IMG/VR virus record: IMGVR_UViG_3300012921_000077
Span: 1-53,803 of that record
Source: a virus
Lineage: Duplodnaviria; Caudoviricetes
Direction: 5' to 3' (one strand)
Length of the DNA: 53,803 nt
Shown here: one piece after another, positions 44,601 through 52,576 of the stretch
Layout of the letters: every line of letters begins with the position of its first letter
Numbering within the stretch: position 1 is the stretch's first letter
Notes under the pieces: generated by a model
Seen by the model: only the letters and a program-made list of their open reading frames with translations
Database searches by the model: none
Told to the model about the DNA's origin: nothing
Program-made: the position numbers and the translations under genes

Positions 44601-44812
44601 ACTGCCCCTGCGGACGCCCGGCGTCGGACGACCACTCCGACTGTGACTGGCTCTTCGGCGAGCAGATCAAGCTCGCGGCCCGCGACTACGCGCCCGTGGA
44701 CCGGGCCCCGTCGCTCTGGGACGCGCACGACGACCGCGCCGACTTCGCTGAGGAGTACGCGCGCGACGCAGACAACGACCGCGACGACGACTGCGAGGAG
44801 GCCGCCGAATGA
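44597..44812 (+). CDS. Small acidic Cys/His protein
   Basis: MNCPCG...H.DC; GTGA overlap; RBS. Confidence 0.6.
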   Translation: MNCPCGRPASDDHSDCDWLFGEQIKLAARDYAPVDRAPSLWDAHDDRADFAEEYARDADNDRDDDCEEAAE

Positions 44813-45024
44813 TGACCGCAGCTGAGATGAGCGCGCCGACGATTCCGGCGCCGCCGCCCGGGCCGATCGTGAAGGAGTGCCTCTGCGGCGCCACCTACAC
44901 GCAGGAGGAATGGGACGAGCTCCGCTACGTCGGCGACATGTCCGACAGCGAAGGCGGCGTCCTCGAGCTTCGCGACTGCCGCCCGCCGTGCCCGTCGACG
45001 CTCGCCATCAGGGTGTCGCGGTGA
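44809..45024 (+). CDS. Small zinc-ribbon protein
   Basis: CLCG...LELRDC...CPSTLA; RBS; overlaps. Confidence 0.62.
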   Translation: MMTAAEMSAPTIPAPPPGPIVKECLCGATYTQEEWDELRYVGDMSDSEGGVLELRDCRPPCPSTLAIRVSR

Positions 45025-45269
45025 ACTGCGCGGCCTGCGAGGGAGACGGGGAGGTGGGCGCCGCCGAGCGCGCCGGCGAGTACGCGTGGTGCATCGCGTG
45101 CCGCGGCACCGGCCTGCAAGACCACGCCTGCGAGGGATGCGGCGAACCGACGACGCTGAGCACCATCGACCGCGCAGCCCTCGCTTGCGTCGGGATCGTC
45201 ATCCACGCGGATTGCGACACCGGCCATTCGTTCTTCGAGCACCGGCCGACTCCGGTTCTCTGGGTGTGA
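45021..45269 (+). CDS. Small DnaJ-type zinc-finger protein
   Basis: CAACEGDG and CIACRGTG repeats, plus CEGC. Confidence 0.62.
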   Translation: MNCAACEGDGEVGAAERAGEYAWCIACRGTGLQDHACEGCGEPTTLSTIDRAALACVGIVIHADCDTGHSFFEHRPTPVLWV

Positions 45270-45296
45270 GACGCGATGCCCTCAAGAGGTAAAGCC

Positions 45297-45572
45297 ATGG
45301 ATCGACTGGAGATGATCGCGCGCGACCTTCGCGCTGCAGCCGAACATCTGAGCACGGCTCCTCCCGGCGACTACTCGGTGCACTACCGCATCGGCGCCGC
45401 CGAGCGGCGCATCCAGAGCGCGCTCGTCGAGGTCGAACGCTTGCAGGCCGAAGCGTCGGTCGTGTCGCTCGCCGGCAACCTTGCCGCGTGCGAGGAGGCC
45501 GACAAGCTCGGCGTCGAGCGCAGCAAGGCCCTCCGCATCGTCGCGCGCGCGTCGCGTCGGAAGAGCGCATGA
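45297..45572 (+). CDS. Hypothetical helical protein
   Basis: GAGGT RBS; ATGA overlap downstream. Confidence 0.6.
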   Translation: MDRLEMIARDLRAAAEHLSTAPPGDYSVHYRIGAAERRIQSALVEVERLQAEASVVSLAGNLAACEEADKLGVERSKALRIVARASRRKSA

Positions 45573-45874
45573 AGCTCGTCACCGCGCCGCCGCGGAACGT
45601 TCGTACGCGCGCCTCGCTCCTCGCGAGCTGGGGCGCGGCGAAGAACATGGCCGACACAAACGGCGCGATCGTGCTGAACCACGCGTCCGCCGCGGGCTTT
45701 CTGATCGAGCAGCACCTCGTCATCGCCATCGCCATCGCGCTCTGCCCGACGGAGCCCTGGTGGGAGACGGTTCGCGAGTACCTGCGGCAGGTCGAGCGCG
45801 AAGAGAAGGCCGCCGAGCTCGACGAGTTCGCGGCCGCCTCGCGCGAGCTTCCCGACTTCTCCGGAGGGGAGTGA
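45569..45874 (+). CDS. Hypothetical protein
   Basis: Coupled ORF MKLVTAPPRN... Confidence 0.6.
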   Translation: MKLVTAPPRNVRTRASLLASWGAAKNMADTNGAIVLNHASAAGFLIEQHLVIAIAIALCPTEPWWETVREYLRQVEREEKAAELDEFAAASRELPDFSGGE

Positions 45875-46047
45875 TGGCGCGGAAGAGGAAGCGGCCCGTG
45901 CCGAAACGCCTCGTGCTCGAGTCGATCGACGCCTCGCTGCGTCGGCTCTCGCTGGCGCTCGCGTGGGATGCGCTCACTGCTCAGGAGCGCATCGAATTCC
46001 GCGATCGCGCGATGCGCATGATCCACACCATGCGGGAGATCTCGTGA
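45874..46047 (+). CDS. Small basic protein
   Basis: MARKRKRPVPKRL...; GGAGG RBS; TGATG overlaps on both sides. Confidence 0.6.
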   Translation: MARKRKRPVPKRLVLESIDASLRRLSLALAWDALTAQERIEFRDRAMRMIHTMREIS

Positions 46048-47303
46048 TGCTCCCCGGCGCGTGCCTCGTCATCGAGCACAAGACGGCGAGCACCGACGTC
46101 GAGGACGGCTCGCCGTACTGGAAGCGGCTCCGCCTCGATTCGCAGGTGTCGAACTACTACGACGGCGCTCGCGCGCTCGGCATGCCGCCCGACGGCGTGC
46201 TCTACGACGTCATCCGGAAGCCGCGCATCAAGCCGCTGAAGGCGACGCCGGTCGAAGCGCGAAAGTACACGAAGCCGAAGAGCCGCGTGTGCGCCGCGTG
46301 CAAGAAGAAGGGCGGGGCGGCGAGCGCACCGCACGAAGTCGAGATCGTCGACGACGAAGACGGCGACGGCTCGGCGCGCATTATCCGCTGCGAAGGCGGG
46401 CGGCTCGTCACCGACCCGGGCGGCCGGCTCTACGCCGATCAGCGCGAGCACGACGAGACGCTCGACGAGTACCGCGTCCGGCTCCGCGCCGACATCGAGG
46501 CAAACGTCGACAGCTACTTCAAGCGCGGCATCGTCGTGCGCTCCGCCGACGAGGAGCGGGAGGCCGCGCTCGATCGGTGGATGATCGCCGAGCGCATCGC
46601 GTCTGCCCAGCTGCGCAGCCGATGGCCGCGGAACGTCGACGCATGCGAGCGCTACGGGCGCTTCTGCGACTTCTTCCCGGTGTGCACGGGCGAGGCACGC
46701 GTCGACGACCCGACGCGCTACCGGCGCGCGACCTCACCCCACGAGGAGCTCGACGCCGCCACGAAGCACCGGCTCCCGCTCGTCACGACGAGCGGCATGA
46801 AAGCGTTCAACCGGTGCGCGCGCGAGTACTTCTTCTCGTACGAGCTCGGGTACCGCTCGATCGAGCGCGCCGAGTCTCTGGCGTTCGGCACGCTCGTGCA
46901 CGTCGGCCTCGAAGTGTGGTGGACGACGGTCGATCTCGACGCCGTCTTCGCTGCGATGCGCGCGAGCAAGGACGCCGACCCGCTGCGGCTCGTGCAGGCC
47001 GAGGAACTGATGCGCGCGTACCACGCGCGCTGGTGCGAAGAGGCCTTCGACGTGCTCGCGGTCGAGCGCGAGTTTGTCTCGCCGCTCGTCGACCCGCTGA
47101 CTGGCGCGACGTCGAAGGCGTTCGCGCTCGGCGGAAAGATCGACGCGATCGCGCGCGTCGGCCAGCCCAAAGGATGTGAGGTGAAGGATGAACACGTCAA
47201 CGATCGTCAAGAACTCTGTACCGATACCGACGCCCGCACCGACGCAGCAGCCGACGCCGGCCGCCGCGCCGCCTCGGCGGATGTCGCTCAAGAACACGCG
47301 TAA
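46047..47303 (+). CDS. PD-(D/E)XK (Cas4/AddB/RecB-like) exonuclease, apparently circularly permuted
   Basis: EHKT and QVSNY at the N-terminus, C..C..C cluster central, S...F.RC / FGTLVH / VEREF / GKID in the C-terminal half; upstream of the Sak4-like and SSB genes. Confidence 0.85.
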   Translation: MLPGACLVIEHKTASTDVEDGSPYWKRLRLDSQVSNYYDGARALGMPPDGVLYDVIRKPRIKPLKATPVEARKYTKPKSRVCAACKKKGGAASAPHEVEIVDDEDGDGSARIIRCEGGRLVTDPGGRLYADQREHDETLDEYRVRLRADIEANVDSYFKRGIVVRSADEEREAALDRWMIAERIASAQLRSRWPRNVDACERYGRFCDFFPVCTGEARVDDPTRYRRATSPHEELDAATKHRLPLVTTSGMKAFNRCAREYFFSYELGYRSIERAESLAFGTLVHVGLEVWWTTVDLDAVFAAMRASKDADPLRLVQAEELMRAYHARWCEEAFDVLAVEREFVSPLVDPLTGATSKAFALGGKIDAIARVGQPKGCEVKDEHVNDRQELCTDTDARTDAAADAGRRAASADVAQEHA

Positions 47304-48195
47304 CGGCGTCCTCGATTCGCCGCTGCGCATCCTGATCTACGGCGGCGAGAAGGTCGGCAAGTCGTCCTTCGCCTCCGGCGCGCCGAGCCCGCTCTGGCTC
47401 GGCGCCGACGCGGGCACCGACCATCTCAACATCCGACGCATGCCGCAGCCGGAGTCGTTTCGCGAGGTCCTCGAAGGCATCGCGGAGGTCACCGCGAACG
47501 GCAAGGCCGAAGGCATCGAGACGCTCGTGCTCGACCCGCTGAACTGGTTCGAGGCGCTCGTCGTCGCTGACGTCGTGGGCGACAGCGGCAAAAGCCTCGC
47601 GGAGTGGGGCGGCGGCTACGGCCGCGGCGCGTCCGCCGCGCTCGACCGCTGGCGGCAGATCAAGAACGCGCTCGAGGCGGCGTGGCACGCCGGGCTGAAC
47701 GTCATCTTGTGCGCGCACTCGCACGTGAAGAAGTTCGAGGACCCCGAGGGCCCCGGATACGAGCGCTACGAGCTCGCGATGAACCGCGAGGCGGCGGGGC
47801 TCTTCAAGCAGTGGGTCGACGCGATCTTGTTCGCGCGCCCCGACACGTTCGGGAAGGTCGACCCGACGACGAAGAAGATCAAGGCGTACGGCTCGTCGAC
47901 GCGGATGCTCTACACGGAGCTTCACCCCGCGTACGACGCGGGAAACCGCTGGCGTCTTCCCGCCGAGCTGCCGCTGTCGTGGCAGGCGTTCATCGAAGCG
48001 AAGACGCAGGGTCAGAAGCAGATCGCGTCGCTGCACGTGCAGATCGACGAGGGGCTCCGCGAGCTGGGTGACGCCGAGGTCGAGCGCAAGGTGCGCGCGA
48101 TGCTCGCGGACCCGAACGTGGACGTCGCCGCGGTGGCGGAAGCCGTCGCCGAGAAGCTCGCCGCGCAAGCGAAGAGTGTTGGAAAGGAAGGATGA
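47188..48195 (+). CDS. AAA_24/Sak4-like ssDNA-annealing ATPase
   Basis: ILIYGGEKVGKSSFA, TLVLD, GGYGRG, VILCAHS, WVDAILFA, AYDAGNR. Confidence 0.9.
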   Translation: MNTSTIVKNSVPIPTPAPTQQPTPAAAPPRRMSLKNTRNGVLDSPLRILIYGGEKVGKSSFASGAPSPLWLGADAGTDHLNIRRMPQPESFREVLEGIAEVTANGKAEGIETLVLDPLNWFEALVVADVVGDSGKSLAEWGGGYGRGASAALDRWRQIKNALEAAWHAGLNVILCAHSHVKKFEDPEGPGYERYELAMNREAAGLFKQWVDAILFARPDTFGKVDPTTKKIKAYGSSTRMLYTELHPAYDAGNRWRLPAELPLSWQAFIEAKTQGQKQIASLHVQIDEGLRELGDAEVERKVRAMLADPNVDVAAVAEAVAEKLAAQAKSVGKEG

Positions 48196-48199
48196 ATCA

Positions 48200-48673
48200 A
48201 TGAGCAATCGTATCGAAGAAGGCGTTTACAAGGGTCGCGGCATCGAAGGTTCGGCGCAGCAAGGCGTCACCTCGAACGGCACGGAGCAGGTCGCGCTCGA
48301 CATCGAGATCCCCGCGCTCGGTCGCGCGGTGACGACGTTCCTGTACTTCAGCGACAACGCGGCGCCGTACTCGCTCGAGCGCCTGCGTGCGCTCGGCTGG
48401 GAGGGCGGCGACGATCCGTCGTTCCCCGGCATCTCGAAGAACGAGGTCGACGTCTCGATCAAGTACGAGAACTACCAGGGCGAGGACAAGCTGAAGGTCG
48501 AGATCGTGACCGGCGGCGGCCGCGTCGTGCTCAAGACGCCGATGAGCGACCAGCAGCGGCGCGGCTTCATGGCCCGCCTCGCGAAGCTCGAGAAGCAGAG
48601 CGGTGTTCCCGCAGGGGCGCGGCCCGCCGGTAACGGCGAAGCCGCGCGCGCGGGCGGGAAGATCGCTCTCTGA
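48200..48673 (+). CDS. Putative ssDNA-binding protein (DUF669-like OB fold)
   Basis: EGVYKGR...SNGTEQV...LRALGW...ENYQGE; follows the Sak4-like gene. Confidence 0.72.
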   Translation: MSNRIEEGVYKGRGIEGSAQQGVTSNGTEQVALDIEIPALGRAVTTFLYFSDNAAPYSLERLRALGWEGGDDPSFPGISKNEVDVSIKYENYQGEDKLKVEIVTGGGRVVLKTPMSDQQRRGFMARLAKLEKQSGVPAGARPAGNGEAARAGGKIAL

Positions 48674-48681
48674 GGTCCGCC

Positions 48682-49347
48682 ATGCGTAGCGTGCTGATTC
48701 TCGACACCGAAGCGACGGGAACCGAACGCGACGCACGCGTCGTCGAGGTCGGCGTCGTGCTCTGGTCGGTGCAGCACGCTACGCGGATCGCGGCGTACTC
48801 GTCGCTCGTCGACGGCGCGACGAACCCTGCGAAGCACGTCAACGGCATCCCCGAAGCCGCGCTCGCGGACGGCGCCGACGAGGCCGCCGTCTGGGAGCGG
48901 CTTCGGCCTTGGGTCGCGCGCTCCGACGCGATCGTCGCGCATGGGTGCGAGTTCGATCGGAAGTTCACGCCGCCCGCCTGGGACCAGGGGCGGCCGTGGA
49001 TCTGCTCGATGGATGACATCGCGTGGCCGCTGTCGACGAAGCGGAAGCTCGTCGAGCTCTGCCTCGATCACGGGCTCGGCGTCGCGCGAGCGCATCGCGC
49101 GCTCACCGACTGCGAGCTCGTCGAGCGGATGCTCGAGCGCTGCCACGAGCTGGGACACGACGTCGAGGACATGCTCCGCCAGGCGGCGCGGCCGAAGGGC
49201 CTGTTCCGCGCGTGCGTCAGCTACGAGCAGCGGGAGCTCGCGAAGGCGAGCGGATTCCGCTGGAACGATGTGCTGAAGCGGTGGGAGCGCCGCCTGTTCG
49301 AGGAAGACGCGAACGCGTTCTCTTTCCGCGTCGAGAGGGTCGGATGA
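48682..49347 (+). CDS. DEDDh 3'-5' exonuclease (DnaQ-like)
   Basis: LDTEATG, VAHGCEFD, AHRALTD; C-terminal VSYEQRELAKASGFRWN...W. Confidence 0.92.
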   Translation: MRSVLILDTEATGTERDARVVEVGVVLWSVQHATRIAAYSSLVDGATNPAKHVNGIPEAALADGADEAAVWERLRPWVARSDAIVAHGCEFDRKFTPPAWDQGRPWICSMDDIAWPLSTKRKLVELCLDHGLGVARAHRALTDCELVERMLERCHELGHDVEDMLRQAARPKGLFRACVSYEQRELAKASGFRWNDVLKRWERRLFEEDANAFSFRVERVG

Positions 49348-49556
49348 CGCTCGCGAAGTTCTTTGCGAAGTACGGCGGCGCGGCGAAGCCCGCGCCCGCC
49401 ATCGTCGAGCGACCTCCGGTCGCGGGCGCGATCGAGGTCGACGGCGTTCGCGGTGTCGTCGCGTTCACCGACGGCGACTGGGTTTGCTGGTGCTGCGATG
49501 CGGGCGTCATCCATTGGACGCCGCGGCGTTTCGTCGACTCTGGAGGTGGAGCGTGA
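49344..49556 (+). CDS. Hypothetical protein
   Basis: ATGA overlap; RBS. Confidence 0.55.
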   Translation: MTLAKFFAKYGGAAKPAPAIVERPPVAGAIEVDGVRGVVAFTDGDWVCWCCDAGVIHWTPRRFVDSGGGA

Positions 49557-49684
49557 TCGAAGTAGCGCTGATCGCGGTCTTCTTCGTCGTCATGATCTAC
49601 GACGTCGGGCGGCGGTTCCGCTGCCCGGTCTGCCGGTCGACGTCGATCTGCGACGACCACTGCCCGATGCGAGGCTGCCGGTGA
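49553..49684 (+). CDS. 43 aa TM plus Cys-rich microprotein
   Basis: MIEVALIAVFFVVMIY...CPVC...C..HC; GGAGG RBS; overlaps. Confidence 0.5.
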   Translation: MIEVALIAVFFVVMIYDVGRRFRCPVCRSTSICDDHCPMRGCR

Positions 49685-49899
49685 ACCGCGCGCGCATCGC
49701 CGAGATCCACCGCGAGCTCGCGCGGCTTCACGAGGAGCTCGCCGAGGAGCTAGCGGACGACGCGCCGGCGGAGCGCGAGGAGCGGCCGGCGAAGCGAACG
49801 CCTCGCGCGCGGTCGTTCCCTGCGCCGCTCGGGAAGGCCACGGACATCGACCGCGCGCGCGCGAGTCGGATGCTGAAGCGAAGGGGATACGCGACGTGA
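49681..49899 (+). CDS. Hypothetical coiled/basic protein
   Basis: GTGA overlaps at both ends. Confidence 0.55.
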   Translation: MNRARIAEIHRELARLHEELAEELADDAPAEREERPAKRTPRARSFPAPLGKATDIDRARASRMLKRRGYAT

Positions 49900-50309
49900 A
49901 CCCGGGAGGAGCGATGGTTGCAATGAAGCTGGTGGTCGTCGAGAGCCCGTATGCCGGCGACGTGGCCGCGAACGTGGACTACGCGCGACGTGCGATGAAG
50001 GATTGTCTGCAGCGTGGCGAGTCGCCGTACGCGTCGCATCTGCTCTACACGCAGCCCGACGTCCTCGACGACACGGTGCCGGGCGAACGAATGGCAGGCA
50101 TCAACGCGGGCTTCGCTTGGGGCGCGAAAGCCGACCTCGTCGCGGTCTATGTCGACCGCGGAATCTCGCGCGGCATGGAGCAAGGGATCGCTCGCGCGCT
50201 CGCCGCGAACCAGCCGGTGGAGTTCCGGTCGCTGGAAGGCGCGGACCTGGCTGCGTATCCGGCGCTCGCGAAGCCGAATGAAGCTCAAGACACGAAGGAT
50301 ACCGAATAA
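49896..50309 (+). CDS. Nucleoside deoxyribosyltransferase-fold phage protein (start may be 49914 or 49923)
   Basis: VVVESPYAGDV..NV.YAR...GESPYASHLLYTQ...GISRGM motif. Confidence 0.75.
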   Translation: MNPGGAMVAMKLVVVESPYAGDVAANVDYARRAMKDCLQRGESPYASHLLYTQPDVLDDTVPGERMAGINAGFAWGAKADLVAVYVDRGISRGMEQGIARALAANQPVEFRSLEGADLAAYPALAKPNEAQDTKDTE

Positions 50310-50926
50310 TGCCGAATCACGTTACGAGCGTGTGCACCGTCACCGGCCCTGCCGCCGACATCGCTGCTTTCTACGAGAAGCACGTCGCGCCCGGATACCC
50401 GGAGCGCGTCAAGAGCCGGAAGCCCGACAGCGGGCCAGCGTTCACGTGCGATTCGGTCATTCCACGACCGGCGATCCTGGAGGGGACGAACGCCAACGGC
50501 CGCATCGACACGGACCAGAAGCGTCAGGCGCTGAAGGAGACGGGCTACGCGGATTGGTACGACTGGTCGGTCGCGAACTGGGGCACGAAGTGGGGCACGT
50601 ACGACTTCGAGGAGCGCGAACGAAGCGACGGGCGGTACGTATTCAAGTTCGAGAGCGCGTGGTCATTCCCGACTCCGGTGTTCAAGAAGCTCGCGGAGAT
50701 GTGGCCGTCGCTCGTGTTCGCGCTCGTCTCGTTCGACGAAGGCGGTTGCTTCGGTTGCAAGGGCGAGTTCAACGGAAAGAACGACTTCCGTTGCGACGAA
50801 GCTCTCGGCAGCGACGAGGGCCTCTACGTGCAGGTCTACGGCCGCCGAATGCCGAAGTACGACGAGAACGGTGACGAGATCGTTGACGACGCCGCGCCAG
50901 CGAAAAGCGGAGAGTGCGCGCCGTGA
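50309..50926 (+). CDS. DUF1281/YubB-like ferredoxin-fold protein
   Basis: MPNHV...WYDWSVANWGTKW...FESAWSFP. Confidence 0.8.
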   Translation: MPNHVTSVCTVTGPAADIAAFYEKHVAPGYPERVKSRKPDSGPAFTCDSVIPRPAILEGTNANGRIDTDQKRQALKETGYADWYDWSVANWGTKWGTYDFEERERSDGRYVFKFESAWSFPTPVFKKLAEMWPSLVFALVSFDEGGCFGCKGEFNGKNDFRCDEALGSDEGLYVQVYGRRMPKYDENGDEIVDDAAPAKSGECAP

Positions 50927-51132
50927 ACGGTCGCGCCGCAACGCTCGTCGCCATGGCGACGGCGCTCGGCATGTCTCTGCCGATGCCCCGCCGTCGCGCG
51001 CCGCGAGCAGACGAACCGCTCACCGACGCCGATCGCGAGCGACTCGCTGCGGCGGAGGCGAAGCGTAAGCGGAGGGCGGAGCGTCGACTGCGCGAGCGCC
51101 GGTGCACAACTCAGAATGGAGCAAGCGAATGA
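50923..51132 (+). CDS. Small basic protein
   Basis: RLAAAEAKRKRRAER motif; overlaps. Confidence 0.55.
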   Translation: MNGRAATLVAMATALGMSLPMPRRRAPRADEPLTDADRERLAAAEAKRKRRAERRLRERRCTTQNGASE

Positions 51133-51509
51133 GTACCTACGCGGAGCGCATCATGCGCGGACTGGGTTGGTGCCAGAGCGCGAAGGTCGGTATCGACTGC
51201 ACCGACGGGTCTTGGCAGATCGACGTGTGGAACGAGGCGGGCGAGCGACTCACGACGAAGTCGCATCACGAGTTCCTCGACGCGGTCGCCGATGCTCAGC
51301 GGCTGCTTCGCGGCGGCGCGGAGGTCGTGCCGATTCGCGCACACGAGCCGATGTCCGAGACGGACGAGGACCGCGAAGGCATCGACCAGATCACGAAGTC
51401 GGCGCTCGGCAAGCTGCCGTTCGTCGCGCCGGAGCTCTTCGAGGAGAAGATGCGATTCTTCATCGAGACGGCGTGGCACCGAGGGAAGGCCACCATACAC
51501 AAACGGTAG
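51129..51509 (+). CDS. Hypothetical protein
   Basis: ATGA overlap; GGAG RBS. Confidence 0.6.
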   Translation: MSTYAERIMRGLGWCQSAKVGIDCTDGSWQIDVWNEAGERLTTKSHHEFLDAVADAQRLLRGGAEVVPIRAHEPMSETDEDREGIDQITKSALGKLPFVAPELFEEKMRFFIETAWHRGKATIHKR

Positions 51510-51548
51510 ACCCTAGATAACGAATCGGCCGGTTAGAGGAGCAGGATC

Positions 51549-51830
51549 ATGAAGTACCGTTTGCGAGCGCGCTTTCCTCGGTGGAACCACCACCCCGAGC
51601 CGTTCGCGTCGCTCGATACGGGCCTCTCGTGTCCTCGCTGCGCGGCGCCCGCGTCGGTTCGCGTGAAGAAGGGGCGCTACGTCAACGGTGATCATGCCGA
51701 CGCCTACTGCGTTGCGTGCGGCGAGTTGATGTACGTACGCGCGGCCGTAGTGATCTCGTTCAGCACGCCGGAGCTGTACCCGTGCGGGTGGTGCGGCAAG
51801 CCCGGCCACCGACCGCAGGACCACCGCTAA
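51549..51830 (+). CDS. Zinc-finger protein
   Basis: CPRC, CVAC and CGWCGKPGH knuckle; GAGGAG RBS. Confidence 0.62.
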   Translation: MKYRLRARFPRWNHHPEPFASLDTGLSCPRCAAPASVRVKKGRYVNGDHADAYCVACGELMYVRAAVVISFSTPELYPCGWCGKPGHRPQDHR

Positions 51831-51841
51831 GGAGCAAGATC

Positions 51842-52102
51842 TTGGACTACGACGACAGAGACTCGAACGAGGAGATCACGCGCGCCATTGCGGCCAAGAA
51901 GGCGAGCGCCGAGAGCGAGCGGCAGATCGCGAAGCTGACAGCGCAACGCGACGAAGCGCGCGCAACGTGCTTCGAGCTTCGCAAGGCGCTCTACGAAGCC
52001 GAGCGTCACATCGACCGCGGACCGTGGGACCCGCGCGCCGACGAGGTCAAGGCGATCATCGCAAAGGCGCTCGCTTTCGGCCGCGACGAAACCGACGGAT
52101 GA
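51842..52102 (+). CDS. Hypothetical coiled-coil protein (TTG start)
   Basis: TAAGGAG RBS before an in-frame TTG. Confidence 0.55.
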   Translation: MDYDDRDSNEEITRAIAAKKASAESERQIAKLTAQRDEARATCFELRKALYEAERHIDRGPWDPRADEVKAIIAKALAFGRDETDG

Positions 52103-52107
52103 AACCT

Positions 52108-52351
52108 CCGCGGCTCACACGAAAGGAATCGAGGACATGTCCCTCTCCGAAGAAACCCATGCACGCATTCGAGAACACGTCATCGCGGAAGCTCGGCGCC
52201 TTGCCCGAGAGGCTTGGCCCGCGGCTTCGCAGAACCTTGTGGACACGCTTGCCGTGCGCGCTCTCTACGCGGCAGTTCTTCAGGCGGACCCGAACGGCCG
52301 GATCGCCGCGATTCCGTAGACCCACGGATAGAGAGCCCGCGGCTCACACGA
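52108..52351 (+). repeat. 15-bp direct repeat CCGCGGCTCACACGA at 52108-52122 and 52337-52351
   Basis: Both copies are intergenic, each ending 14 nt before an ATG. Confidence 0.75.
52137..52319 (+). CDS. Hypothetical protein
   Basis: 60 aa with RBS, bracketed by the 15-bp repeat. Confidence 0.55.
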   Translation: MSLSEETHARIREHVIAEARRLAREAWPAASQNLVDTLAVRALYAAVLQADPNGRIAAIP

Positions 52352-52365
52352 GTAGGATCACGAAC

Positions 52366-52572
52366 ATGAGCGACACGCCTGACCATCGCGGAAGCGAAGA
52401 GATCCGCCGCATCGCCGACTCTCTGATGCAGAAGCTAAGCGAGCACCTCAGTCCCGAGGCACGAGAGAGGATGACCTTGTTCATCCGAGAGGTCTACGTC
52501 GTGCCCGCGCTCGTGAACGCGTACGCGAAGGGCGTCGAGATCGCCGACGAGTACGCACGCAAGAAACCGTGA
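52366..52572 (+). CDS. Hypothetical protein
   Basis: MSDTPDHRG...; ends 4 nt before the int start. Confidence 0.55.
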   Translation: MSDTPDHRGSEEIRRIADSLMQKLSEHLSPEARERMTLFIREVYVVPALVNAYAKGVEIADEYARKKP

Positions 52573-52576
52573 GCAA

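Noticed and set aside
46047-47303. CRISPR-associated Cas4, or a split intein explaining the permutation
   Set aside because: No CRISPR array or cas1/cas2; the context is phage recombination; no intein blocks or terminal HN motif seen
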